The position numbers were made by a program, and so were the translations under genes. The notes under the pieces are model-generated. The model worked only from the letters and a program-made list of their open reading frames with translations. It was not told where the DNA came from and ran no database searches. This document shows positions 51,330 through 64,000 of a stretch of 64,000 nt of DNA, in pieces. Positions within the stretch are counted from its first letter, which is position 1. The number at the start of each line of letters is the position of its first letter. Source of the stretch: the human T2T-CHM13v2.0 reference genome, Homo sapiens; the NCBI RefSeq assembly GCF_009914755.1, contig NC_060926.1. One strand, written 5' to 3'.

Positions 51330-51980
51330 AAGTTTTCTCTCAAATACTTAAAATGCATTTCCAATACTTAAATCAGAAATGTCAGGGGATATGTTGTCTT
51401 AGGTAAACTGCATTTACTTATGATAAACCAAAGATTTGCAAGCAGACATTTTAAAGAGACTCAGGATATTTCCTTTTTGTAGTTCAAAAGCCACTTGGTC
51501 CTAGGACCATTCAGGCAAAGCAGTTATTATGGTCCCATGTGGGAAAAGGCGGGTGAGGCTGGAATGTGCGCAGTAAATACAAAACCTCATCTACAGAGCT
51601 CCACTTGCTCCTGCTGCTCTGTTGAGGCTAATTGGAGGAGAGCAACCTTTTTGAGAAAGGAAAGAAATTTCTGGATTTGAAGCAGATGTCTGAAGCTTGC
51701 CGAATCCACAATGCAGGCTTTTAAAAGAAATATTGCAATAATTAGGAGTCCGGTTTGAAGTCAATGTGTTGCTGTAAAAATTAAGGATGTTTACAACTGT
51801 GGGAAGGTTCTCTTTAAAAACCCAATTCTGATTCCAATTTGCTAGCAAATTGCATCCTGGCCCCATGGAGGGAGTGATCAGGGGACCTGTTTAATAGATC
51901 AGGATGCTCAGTGTGCAACCAAGAGGGTGATTTTCACTTGCTGTTTATGAAATATAAATATGAATTCCCATGTATGATGC
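51330..51980. promoter_or_regulatory. Repeat-free block, candidate enhancer
   Basis: RBPJ TGTGGGAA at 51538 and 51798; FOX TGTTTAC at 51788, GTAAATA at 51573, TGTTTAT at 51942; TEAD at 51561; GATA at 51421. Confidence 0.35.
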
Positions 51981-52389
51981 AGAACTTACTTGCAGAGTTT
52001 TATAACCCCAAAAGATAGTTGGAAAGTTAAAACCAAACAGAGTGTTTGGTTTTCAGTCTCAAGTGACTGAAAAACAAAAACAAAAACAAAAACAAACAAA
52101 AAGCCCCAGAAGATTTAGCTTTCCTTGTGTGGTCCCTGGAATGGGAAATCTAGTATTTGCTAAAATTACCACCGTTTCTCAGGTATTGGTTAGTGATAAA
52201 GCACCATATTAAATTCAATGTCAAGCTATTCAAGGACAACAAGTTAGACAATGTGTGGGCTGAGTTTTCCTGCAGTCATGGATCATTATTAAGTATCTGG
52301 AAAAAATAATTTTACTTGCATGGGTTAGAAGAGGAAAAGATGCTTAAGTTTATTGGTCAGTCCAGAATATGACATTATGTAGAAAACAT

Positions 52390-52645
52390 TATCGTAAAGG
52401 GGAATTGGAATGCAATACACCTGAGTACAAATCTAGTTTCTACAACTTAGTAGTTCAGTGGTCATGAATTTTTGAACATTTATTCCTTAACTATACTGGG
52501 AATAATAATATCCACTTTTGTAGATTTTATATATAGGTATATATTATATAATATCTACCTTTATTGATGAGAATTAGTTGTAATAGAGCATGTGAAACAC
52601 TTACTGTGGCATGGAAACACTCCAGGCACATAAGAAATGTTGAAC
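52390..52645 (+). mobile_element. MIR (degenerate)
   Basis: acctgagtacaaatctagtttctacaactta...gggaataataatatccac...gcatgtgaaacactt. Confidence 0.6.
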
Positions 52646-53142
52646 CCTCTCTCACACACACATACTCTCAATACACACACTGTTTTATTTGCTAGATGGT
52701 ATATTCACACATCAGGAGGTCAGTGTCATTGTTGAGATGATAAATCTTATTGTAATTTAGAGGAGAAGGGAAGGAAACTATGTTAGAGACAATGAAATAT
52801 TTCCCAATAGCTCTTCTTCCTTTTTGTAATAGAATCCCCAAGTTCTCAATGGGCACAGAACTGTTCAGCTAGAGGATATTTTTCCCTGCGTCTTTGCCAT
52901 ACGACTAGGTTATGTCCAAAGACATGTGAGTAGAAGTGATACATGTGATTTTGATATCATGCCACTTGTGCTCCACCTCTTTCTCTTCTTTCTTTGGTAA
53001 GAACATGTACACAACGGTAGTGAGACCATTTTACCCTACAGATGAAGTCAACACCCCAGTGAATATAGGGATAACAAAATAGAAGGAGCCTGGGTCCCTG
53101 GATGACTTTTGTGGAGCCGACCTTCCTATACTTCTGGAACTA

Positions 53143-53489
<347 letters not shown>

Positions 53490-53491
53490 GC

Positions 53492-53790
53492 TGACTGGGC
53501 AAGGCGGCTTATGCCTGTAATCCTAGCACTTTGGGAGGCCGAGGTGGGTGGATCACCTGAGGTCAGGCATTCGAGACCAGCCTGGCCAACATGGCGAAAA
53601 TCCGTCTCTACTAAAAATACAAAAATTAGCCGAGCATGGTGGCTGGTGCCTGTAATCCCAGCTACTCAGAGGCTGAGGCGGGAGAATCACTTGAACCTGG
53701 GGGGCGAAGGTTGCAGTGAGCCAAGATGATGGCACTTCACTCTAGCCTGGGTGAGTGAGACTCCATCTCAAAAAACAAACAAACAAAAAA
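53492..53790 (+). mobile_element. Full-length AluSx-type
   Basis: GGATCACCTGAGGTCAGG, (CAAA)n tail; directly follows the preceding Alu. Confidence 0.96.
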
Positions 53791-54359
53791 GGCTATTTTG
53801 TTTCAGGCACTTTTATTTTGCTCATTGTTAAAGCTCCTAAACCAATATCCTATTATAAAAACTTATCTTTATTGTGGTTACAGCTCAAATTAGATCACAG
53901 CACTTCTCTGATCTGGAAACTTCTGCGGCTTCCCCTGGCTCATCAGTGAATGGCTTGTGACAGGACGAAGAATGGCGAGCTCCATGGCAGGGAAACCAGC
54001 CTAGCCGGAGTGGTGAGTAGTGGCTGCTGAATAAAGGAAGATGTTTGGAGAGGAGAGTTGAGGCCACTGTGAGGAGCTTTATTTAATTACAAAGCTAACT
54101 TCAGGTTGCTAGGTTTAGAAAGTAATTCTTGGGATTTTCATCTAGCTGGGATGAATACTAGATGAATCAGTTTGATTTACCTATCGCCAGGCATTTTTAG
54201 AGGTCTATTTTGAGTATGCAAACAAACATGGAATTGACACTGAGGTTCTTCTTCAAGGCCTGTGCTTCACATGACGTACAATTGTTCAGGACTCCCCTCA
54301 TTACCCTGCATCATCTCAGTCTAGTTGAATTGTGAGTTCTCCTATGTTCCACAGTGTTG

Positions 54360-54500
54360 AATCACTAATTCACTTATTCAGAGTTCACTAATTTCACAAC
54401 GTCTTATTGAGCACTTGCAATGTGCCCGGTCTGTATTACATACTGGGAGTACAGATATGCATAAAACCCGACCCTTATGGTCATGGAGTTTGTAGTCTAG
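54360..54500 (-). mobile_element. L2 3' end fragment
   Basis: ttattgagcacttgcaatgtgcc...tcatggagtttgtagtctag. Confidence 0.7.
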
Positions 54501-54619
54501 GATTTATTAACACTCATTGTCAGTGATGGGGCTTCCCCTCTGTGATGGGGCTTTTAGAAGTCCTGTAAATAAAGAGACAGCCCTTGTCTTCAGGAAGCCC
54601 ATAGTCCACAATGATTATT

Positions 54620-54805
54620 AAATACAGTCTTCATTTAGTTCTGCCTTATAATTATAGATAGTTGTATTTTATGCTTGACCCAATCACTAGACAGTGAGTT
54701 CCTTCCAAACAAAACCTGTGTTATTTACCTCTAGTCCTCTCTCTCTCCACACAAATATTTCCTGCCTAGCATATAGTAAATATGCTACAATATTTGCTGA
54801 AAGAA
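54620..54805 (+). mobile_element. L2 3' end fragment
   Basis: cactagacagtgagttcctt...tgcctagcatatagtaaatatgctacaatatttgctgaa. Confidence 0.6.
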
Positions 54806-55074
54806 AATTCAATCTATATAGTCAAAGACATTACTCCACATGTAGACACTTCCATTCTACAGAATCAAAGGCACATGCGGAGGCATTTTTAATTTCTCAA
54901 TCATTGTAGAGCACCATCACGCTAATTATTGCCAAGGGAATAATTTTAAAACCCACAAAACAATCATATTTGCTTTAATGCTCCTCCTCACATTTCTGTT
55001 ATTAATGGTAAGAGATGGTGATAATTCATTTCTCCTCTATGTTTTCCAGAAACTCTTTTGTAACTGGTAAAACT

Positions 55075-55154
55075 TAAGTGGTTTTTATACTTCATTTATG
55101 AGGCAATAACTGAATAAGTGGATTTTTACACTTCATTTATAAGGCAGCAACTGA
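55075..55154. repeat. ~40-bp tandem duplication (2 copies)
   Basis: taagtggtttttatacttcatttatgaggcaataactga / taagtggatttttacacttcatttataaggcagcaactga. Confidence 0.9.
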
Positions 55155-55960
55155 GATACCTGGGTAAAAGTTATTTTGAACTAATTTTTCAAGACAATTT
55201 CAATTTTCAACACTAAAACCTGCATTTGCATAAAGGAGAACAAATTCATGCTTCAAGTCACTTCTTCAATCTTAACTCATTTTGTTTAGAGGAGGGAAAA
55301 ATTGGTTTAGAAAACATGTCTTTAAAATGCATTTCTATATGTTAATTAAAAGATCAACTATAATAATCTATTAATTTTTCAATACTGTTAATCAAACCTG
55401 ATACATAGTGACACATCCAAGCTAGAGCAAAACTGCCTTTAAGATATGTCAATGTGTTCTAAACACCTAACCAATAAAGAGGAAGTTGAAGCACTAATCT
55501 TAAAGATTGAGTATAAGAAATCCATAAAATATCTTCCAGAGGCCCAAAGAAGAGTCTTCAAAAAAGGATCAAATAGAAATACTTGCCTAACACTTGCCTG
55601 TCTTAAGCATGGTGCCTCTAGCAATTACCCAAAATATGGAAAACAATGACCTTACACAGTGTTTTATTGGTGATTTAAAAAGAAAATGCAAGGTTTATTT
55701 CAACTAGAAAAGGAAAAAAAGTCAAAATAACTGTCTCATTAAAGAAATAACCAATGGTCTTCTTTAACTCAGGGCCTTAAGGCCTTTGGCTTAGATGATT
55801 AAAAGAAACTCTTAAGTGGCCTCTCACTCCCCTAAATGCAAGCCCTCCTGAATATGGAGGCCAGAAAGAGCTGTCTAACTTACACATTCGACAATGTCAC
55901 TTCTCTACTTAAGATGTTTTAAAGCTCCGTCAATTTTAGGATTCACAACACAGCACACAA

Positions 55961-56240
55961 CAGTGGCTTCCGAGCGTGGGCCCAGGGACCTGCGCTGGTC
56001 CATGCTGCCAAGTTTCAACTGGTGCATGGCTAAATGACACAAAAGAAGTGCACCATGGCAGGTTGTTCAAAAAGCTAAATTAGTTGGAACTGATTTGATT
56101 TATTAAAAGCATGTTTCTTGATTCTGAGGTAATACCAGTCTCACTTTTTTGAAACTCCTTATTTTGTGAAATGATAGTTATTGATAGGCGTGTTTTGTGC
56201 TTTAACGCTCTTATTTGGCAAATTTAAAATTTGGCTTGAC
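55961..56240 (+). mobile_element. hAT-Charlie-like DNA transposon remnant within L2 fragments
   Basis: cagtggcttccgagcgtgggcccagggacc...tggtccatg resembles a Charlie TIR; subfamily uncertain. Confidence 0.45.
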
Positions 56241-56569
56241 CAGGGATCAGTGGCTCTTCTTGCTGACCGAGCCCCCCATCCCCTCTTAATGACCATGGAG
56301 ACCTTTCTGCATCTCTGGCATATCTCCCATCAGACCCGTGGGCTGGGCTGTCTATCACTAGCCTCCACTCCAGAGTCACCTCCCCTGTCTCCAGGGTGCC
56401 TCCCCTACAGGTCCACTGGCTCTTGTCTCCACTTCTGTGTCACATAGAAGTGAATGGAGCCTCAGAAACATCAAGACCTTTTCTGCCTGACTGTATCTAT
56501 GTGTCCTCAGAATTGGGCGTGGAACACTCCTTGTTCTCAGAGATCAAAGGTGAGTGGGGAAAGAGCCCC

Positions 56570-56725
56570 TTTGTCCATTATCTCACTTATTTGTCATAAT
56601 GCTCTTATCAGATATGAACTATTAGGCCCATTTTTACAGATGAGGAAGTGGAGATAGAACCATTGCTCTTGACTGACAGTGCTTGAGTTAGCAAGTGAAA
56701 GAGATGAGATTTGAGCTTCAGTCAT
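56570..56725 (-). mobile_element. MIR
   Basis: cccatttttacagatgaggaagtggaga. Confidence 0.75.
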
Positions 56726-56849
56726 CAAACTCCTATTCATTTGTCGATCTCCAGCATCTAGCAGAGTTCCTGGCACCTAGAGAACATTTGATAAATAATT
56801 CAAAAAAGTGAGTGATTTGTTCTTCATTGTTTAATCCTTATTTTAGCTT

Positions 56850-57400
56850 ATGATTTTTTCTGATAATAAATATACTTGCATGTTGTGTGAAGTTCATGTG
56901 TTAAAATGCAAAGAAAGCTCACCTGAAATCCTCCCACTAGAAAGTAACCTCGTTAACATTTTCATGACCTTCATTTTACACATTTATTGTAAATATATAC
57001 CTTTTATATTAAAATGTCACAAAAATGAAATATTATACATGTTTTTCACAACTTACTTTTTCACTGAAAATATTATGGATAATTTTTCCAAATGAAAAAT
57101 AGAAATCTATGTGTGTTTTGTAATATTTTAAAAATTCATTTGGATGTACTGTGATTTAACCATATTTGTTTCATGGCAGTATAAGTTGTTACCAGCTTGT
57201 TTGGGTATTATAATGGATGCTGTGCTGAATATTCCCACATATACATTTTAATAACTTTCTTTGATTATATACTTAAGATTAATTTCTAGAAGAGAATTCT
57301 TAGAATCAAAATATAATTGTATCTTTAATTAAAATACATATGACTAAACTGCCTAGAAAAGGTCACTGATGTACTTTCCCACCAATCATGCCTGCGAGTG
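56850..57400 (-). mobile_element. L1ME4-like 3' end
   Basis: gtaacctcgttaacatttt, aaaatgaaatattatacat, tggatgtactgtgatttaacca, gattaatttctagaag. Confidence 0.75.
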
Positions 57401-58004
57401 AGCATGCTGACAAGCAGGACTGGCAACGCTGGTTTCCTATTAGAGTAACCTGGAGTGCTCTACAACAAAATGAAAACAAAAGGAAGTGAAGCTCACATAC
57501 TATCTCAAGACCAAGTAAATCTATGTTAAGAGGTAAATCTATATTTAATGTTATAAGAAACAATGACTGTTTTTTAATGTTATTTTGCTTTTCCTCTAGA
57601 AATACATGTTCCAGTGTTTCCCATCCTTGACAGCGTTTCATTTTGTCACTCTTAATTTTAGTCAATCCACAGGTTATATAGTGCTATATCATTATGGTTT
57701 TAATTTGCATGTTCCTACTGACTAATGATGTAGAGTATTTCATGTATACATTTACCACTCATGTATCTTTTTTCATAAAGTGTTTTCTTCCAAACTTTTT
57801 TTTTTAATTGGAATACTTGTCTTCCTTTTGTAGAACTATAGAATTTTCTATTTATTCTTAATATACACATATATTTAATGTATTCTGGATATAAGTGCTT
57901 TGTAAGATATATGTTTTGCAAACATTTCTCTTAATGTCTAACATTTCTCTAACACTATTTATTAAAAGATAAACAATTTTAATTTTTTTGAAAATCAAAT
58001 TTTT

Positions 58005-58326
<322 letters not shown>

Positions 58327-59277
58327 TTATGTCTGTGGCTTTCAAAGTAATCTTTGCCCATGTCAAAGGTACAAAAATTATTTTCTTCTAGAAGTTTTAT
58401 ACTTCCAGTTCTATGTTTAGGTCTATCATCCATTTTTAGTTAGTTCCACTGCTTTTTAGTTGTATGCTCTATAAATTTCAATTTGGTCAAATTGGTATAC
58501 AGTATAGATCAGGTCTACTCTGTCCTTAATACTTTTTTTATTTTTTAAATTAATTACTGAGAGACAAGTGTTGAAATCTTTAAGTATAATTGCAGATTTG
58601 TGTATTGTTGCAGTTCTATCAGTTCTATCTTAATATGTTTGGAAGCTATGGTATTCAGTTTATATAAACTTAGAATTGTTATATCCTCCTGATTAATTTA
58701 CCTTAATAACTTTGTGAAAGTCCTTCTCTCTTTGGTAATATTTTTTGTTCTGAAATTTTGCCTAATATCAATATACATATTCCACTTTTCTATGGACAAA
58801 TGTTTATGTGTTATTTTGTTGTTGTTGTTCTTTACTTTAAGTGTATCTTCATATTTATACTTTAAATTTATAGCAGGTTTCTTATGGAAAACATTTCCTT
58901 GAGTCAGTTGGGGCTTGTATTTTTTAACCAGTCTAATAATCTTTGCATTTTAATTCGAGTGTTCTATCATTTTCATTTAATGCAATTATCAATGAAGTTA
59001 AGTTTAAATCTACTAGCTTGCTATCAATTTTCTACTTATTTCATCCATTCTTTAATCTTTTTCTTTTTTACTATATTTTGATGATTTTGTATATTTTAGG
59101 ATTCCATTTTCTCTATAATGTATTTTTAGTTACTACTACTTTCCGCACTAGTCCCTGGTGTTATTGCTGTTACACACTCTAAAACTATTAAAGCCCACAT
59201 ATTGTTATTCATATTACTCTGACTTTAAACATCCCTATAATTTAAGAAATTTTGTAAGCAAAAAAGAGAAAATATCC

Positions 59278-59570
59278 TTTTTTTTTTTTTGAGACAAAGT
59301 CTTTCTCTGTCACCCAGTGCAGTGGCACAGTCATGACTCACTGCAGCCAGCCTCGACCTCCCAGTTTCAATCAACCCTCCAACCTCAGCCTCCTGAGTAG
59401 CTGGGATTACAGGTGCATGCCACCATGCCTGGCTAATTTTTATGTTTTTTTTTAGAGACGGGGTTTTGCCATGTTTTTCAGGCTCATCTCAAACACCTGT
59501 GCTCAAGCAGTCAGCCCACCTCAGCCTTCCAAAGTACTGGGATTACAGGCATGAGCCACTGTGCCTGGCC
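59278..59570 (-). mobile_element. AluJ
   Basis: cactgcagcc, gctcaagcag, ttttgccatgtt J-type features; TSD agaaaatatc. Confidence 0.93.
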
Positions 59571-60360
59571 AAGAAAATATCTTCTATATTTACCTGTATA
59601 TTTATCATTTCTGATACTTTTCATTCATTTGTATAGATCCACATTTCTATCTGATACCATTTTCCTACTGCCTAAACACTGTTACTTCCTTCAACATTTT
59701 TTAATAGCGTGAGTCAGCTGCCAATAATTTTTTTTCAATTTTTCTTTGTCTGGAAAGTTTTCAGTCCATCATTATTTTTAAAATTCACTTGGTAAGTTCT
59801 AGATTTACACTTTTTCTTTTACTGCCTTAAAAGTATTTCCCATTGTCTTCTGTTTTTCATAACTTTTGTACTAAGTCTGCTGTAATTTTTTGTTCCTCTA
59901 TATGACATGGATTTTTTTTTTTCTCTCAGCTTCAAAAAGTTTTCTTCATCACTGTTGTTTAGAAATGTCATGGTGATGTGCTCTGGTGTGTTTTTCCTCA
60001 TGTTTCTTCTGAATAGATTCATTGAGGTTTTCTGAACTGTGTGCTTATAGTTTTCAGCAAATTTAGAAAAAATATTCAGCTATTATTTCTTCAAACATCC
60101 TTTTCCTCCCCACATCTTTGTCTTCTCCTTCTGTGAACTCACTTACATGTATGTTAGTCAACTTGATATTGTTCCACAGGTCACTGATGCTGTGTTATTT
60201 CTTTATTTTTATTCTTTTTCTTTCTATGTTTCATTTTGGATAGTTTCCATTCATTTGTTTTCATGTTCACTGGTGGTTTCTTCCACATGTTTAATGTGCT
60301 GCTAATCCCTTTGGCCGTATTTTTCTTGTCAGATATTGTCTTTTTCATCTCTCAAAGTTT

Positions 60361-60661
60361 TCTTTTCTTTTTTTTTTTTGTTGTTGTTTTGTTTTGGTTT
60401 TTGAGACAGAGTCTCACTCTGTCATCCAGGCTGGAGGGCAGTGGTGAGATCTGGGCTCACTGCAACCTCTGCCTCCTGGATTCAAGTGATTCTCATGCCT
60501 CAGCCTCCGGAGTAGCTGGGATTACAGGTGTGCATCACCACACTTGGCTAATTTTTGTATTGTTTAGTAGAGATGGGATTTTGCCAGGTTGGCCAAGCTG
60601 GTCTCAAACTCCTGGCCTCCCAAAGTGCTAGTATTACAGGTGTGAACCACCATGCCCAGCC
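60361..60661 (-). mobile_element. AluSz/Jb-type with a ~24-bp internal deletion
   Basis: tctcatgcctcagcc; ...ctcctggcctcccaaag; TSD atctc...aagtttt at 60347 and 60662. Confidence 0.93.
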
Positions 60662-61699
60662 ATCTCCTGAAGTTTTATTGGTATTTTTAGTATCTTCCAT
60701 TTATCTTCTTATCATGTTCATGTTTTTTTACATTCTTGAATTATTAATGTAAATTTATAATAGCTGTTTTAATGTTCTGTCTGCTAATATCATCTGCTCT
60801 GTCATTTTTAGTAGTGTCTATTTCTATTGATTGATTTTTCTGCTGGCTCTGGTTTGTATTTTTGTGCTTCTCTGCATGTTTGCTAAGCCTGTCAATTTTT
60901 ACTAGATGCCCAACGCTGTGTATTTTGTGCTGTTAGGTTCTGGGTTTTGTTATAATTCTTTAACATGAACTCCTTTATTTCCTGACATGTAGTTGAGTAA
61001 CTTAGCATAAGCTTGACGCTCTCTAGGATTGCTTTTAAACTTTGTTTTGGGAGAACCTAAAGCAACTTTTATTCTAGGGCTAATTTAACCCTATTACTAA
61101 GTCAATACTTTTTGGATGACTATATCAACTATTAACCAATTTTCATGAGCTCCCAGAATTGTTTAGCCTCCTAGTTTCTGATGTTTCTTCTTCCTCTTCC
61201 CCTCATTTCGTCGAGTTTTTCCCATGCATGAAGAGATAACTAGTCAGTCAAAGAGTTAGGGCTGGCCCCTTTGCAGATCTCCAGACCTCTCTCTGCAGCT
61301 TCCCTTTTTTTTTTTTTTTTTCCAGTATTTTGCCTGCAAGTTGGCTTTCTGGAATTCTGATTTCTGTCCTCAACTCAGTGAGACTGCTGGGTCTTGTTTG
61401 GGTTCTCTTTCCTGCACTATGTACTGAAACTGCCTCCAGGCAGCAAACTGGGCAATTGTAGGGCTCACCTCATTTGTTTCTCTTCTCTCAGGGATAACAG
61501 GCTTGCTCTGCTATTTCCCAGTATCTGAAAACAGTTGTTTCATGTATTTGTCTGGTTTTCTAGCTGTTTATGGTGAGAGGGCAGTTCCCATAACAGTTCA
61601 TCCTTCATGGTCAGAAGCAGATGTTGGCATCAATATTTCATAAATTTCTATGGGTTACTGCATTGTGCAGCCAGGGTGGAGAGCAAGTGCTTTAGACAC

Positions 61700-62530
61700 T
61701 CGTCAATATCAGTTTTGCTTGCCTTTTAAATCCTTGTCAATTCTTTACATGAAAAATGATGCATATATTTTTTGAACTTCAATGATTTGTGAGGTTGAAT
61801 GACTTTTTATATTTACTGACCAGTTGCATTTTTCTTTAGACTTTAGACTGGTTGAGATTTTTTATCCCTCTTTTTCTCTTTGAGAAATTTGATTTTTCCT
61901 GATAGGTTTGCAGTAGCTCTTTAGACAGTAGTTCCCCCTTATCCGAGAAGGTGCATTCCAGGACCCCAAGTAGATGCCTTAAACCACAGATGTATTGGAC
62001 CTTATATATTCTGTTTTTTTCTTACACCACATACCCTTGGTAAAGTTTAGTTTATAAACTAGGCATGGTAAGAGATTAACAATAATAAAGAATAATAAAA
62101 TAACAAGTATAGTAATATGCTGTAATAAAAATTATACAAATATGGTCTCTCTTCATCTCTCTCAAAATATCTTATTATACTATGCCCACCTATTTCCAGA
62201 CCACATTTTACTATGGGTAAGTGAAGCCAGATAAAGGGGGACTACAGTAGGTTACTGATATTATTCTTTCCCTGCCATTTATGTTACAAATGATTTTTCC
62301 AAGTTATTATGCATGTGTCAGCCTTGTCTGTGGTGGTTGCAATGTGGAACGTGTTGAGGGGAAGGCCACAGTTTGTGCCATGAAGACTCTTCTGATTTTA
62401 TACATAGTCAAATATACCAGTTGTTTCCTTTATGGTTTCTGGCTTACATCTCATCTCATGAAAGATGCTTTTCTGTGGCATAGTAGATGGATTTATTTTG
62501 TTTTCAATAGTTTTCCTAAAGGACATTCCT
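61700..62530 (-). mobile_element. L1ME-like ORF2 remnant (probable continuation of 56850-57400)
   Basis: gtgaggttgaatgactttttatatttactgacca, tgttacaaatgatttttcc, tttcctttatggtttctgg. Confidence 0.55.
61926..62247 (-). mobile_element. MER44A (TcMar-Tigger7 MITE)
   Basis: TIRs cagtagttcccccttatc / gataaagggggactacag; TA at the right junction; internal taagagattaacaata and ctctcaaaatatcttatt. Confidence 0.9.
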
Positions 62531-62562
62531 CCCAGGGCACATTTCAAAGAAAGGGCTTCTTT

Positions 62563-62710
62563 TTAGTGGTACTTTGCCTTTTTTGGTTAACAAACCCTTA
62601 GAAATCTGAAAGACCATAATAGATCTTATGACCTCAAAAAACTGCATATGTGTCCATACGCCAAAAGTCTGCATAGATTCTGGGTTTTAGACCCCTGTTT
62701 AGTGACCCTT
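62563..62710 (+). mobile_element. MER103C-like hAT MITE
   Basis: cccttagaaatctgaaagaccat...aaaaactgcatatg...caaaagtctgcatagattc. Confidence 0.5.
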
Positions 62711-62712
62711 AT

Positions 62713-63234
62713 TGTGTTAGTCAGGTTTCTCTACAGAAACGGAACCAATAGGAGACAGACACACAGAGAGAGGTAGATATAGATACAGTAATAGAGATAG
62801 ATGACAGATAGATAGATAGATAGATAGATAGAGATAGATAGACATAGATATAAAAGAAGGTTTATTATGAGGGTTTGGTTTATGTAATTATGAGGCTGAG
62901 AAGTCCCACAGTCTGCTATCTGCAACCTGGAGACTGAGGAAAGCTGGTGGTATAATTCCAGTCTAAGAGGAGGAAGAGACTGATGTCCCAGCTCAAGCAG
63001 GAAGGCCAGAAGCAAAAAGTGATGAATTCCTTCTTCCTCTTCCTTTTTGTTTTATTTAGGCCCTCAACAGATTGGATGATGTCCACCCATATTGGGGAGG
63101 GCAATCTACTTCACAGAATCCACCAATCCAAATGCTAATCATCTGGAAACATCCTCACAGAGAAACCCAGAAATAATGTTTAATCTGGGTGTCCCATAGC
63201 ATGCTCAAGTTGACACATAAACTTAGCCATTACA
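62713..63234 (-). mobile_element. MLT2B-type ERVL solo LTR
   Basis: tgtgttagtcaggtttctctacagaaacggaaccaatagga...gaggctgagaagtcccaca...ggccctcaacagattggatgat...caagttgacacataaacttagccattaca. Confidence 0.92.
62774..62852. repeat. (GATA)n microsatellite inside MLT2B
   Basis: Six perfect GATA units at 62807-62830 plus degenerate flanks. Confidence 0.9.
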
Positions 63235-64000
63235 TCTATCATAGATTGCCTATGAGAGAAGAATCTATTACTGGTGTCTGTGAGTGTGAGAGCCAGGAAG
63301 GCTGTGGCTGGCCTCCCTGTAGTCACCTTGGATGTGCTATTGATGTGGATGAGGCTTTTCCCTGGGGCCTTTCTTCTCATAGGAGTCCTCCCTCCCCACC
63401 CCGAGATACTGATACTTCACATTTTAGTGAAGTGCACAGTAGAATAGAAGAAGCTCTGAGTTAGAAATTAACAAAGGACTGAGGTTACATTGAGGCAAGT
63501 GGGAGTCTGACCCCTGCAGGACAGCCACAGTTTGATCCTGCAGATGAGCCCAGTTCCAGACAGCATTTTCCTTAATCCTTTAGACTCCCATGCCTCTAGC
63601 AATCCACAAGAGATTCCTAACTGACTGTATTTTCTTAGCTTGTTTCCCTCTTTAGGTGATGCAGGAAGCCAAGGGGCTGGAGTGAGAGGAACGGCCTCAC
63701 CCTCGTTGAGATTAGGCTCTTTAGAGTCTTTTTCTGGATAGCAGGTCTTCGTCATGGAGGCCACTCTGGGCTACTTCAAAATGGTGACTTTCCTCCTCTT
63801 CCCTTCCACATTTTCCCCCAGAGGTAGACAGGGATCTTTTCTGGCTTTGGATCTTTCTTTACTTTGAAAACTTGGGGGAGTTCCTAGAGGTAAACCCCTC
63901 AGATGTCCCACCATGTAACCCTGCCCAAGAAGCCAAAAGAAATCTCTTCCTACCTAACAGATTGAATGGCTCCTTGACCCCCATGGGGACTGGTCTCTGG

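Overview
Non-coding, repeat-rich primate genomic DNA (large intron or gene desert). It is most likely human or great ape, because one near-intact AluY carries AluYa-lineage diagnostic bases. I found no credible protein-coding exon, RNA gene, CpG island, CRISPR array or prokaryotic content. The listed ORFs are short and fall in Alu/L1/L2/LTR/simple repeats or have no recognisable domain. Much of the window is transposon-derived: 13 Alus, many MIR and L2 fragments, old L1M/HAL1 pieces, three short L1P 3' ends, about 15 MaLR/ERVL LTRs including a deleted MLT1F provirus, and several hAT/Tigger MITEs. Subfamily names come from recalled consensus sequences, and the boundaries of old elements are approximate (tens of bp). 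Repeat-free blocks (~8.0-9.1, 15.0-15.3, 27.5-27.8, 29.0-29.65 and 51.3-52.0 kb) are rich in developmental transcription-factor motifs and are candidate enhancers. The most unusual structure is an ~84-nt, pre-miRNA-sized hairpin formed by inverted duplication inside a MIR (33147-33230). Other oddities are a miniature twin-primed L1PB, a ~48-bp L1 insertion with TSD, a MIR>THE1D>Alu triple nest, a young AluYa-type insertion, and an AluY lacking its TSD. I cannot name the locus, and I found no support for a new multi-component biological system.
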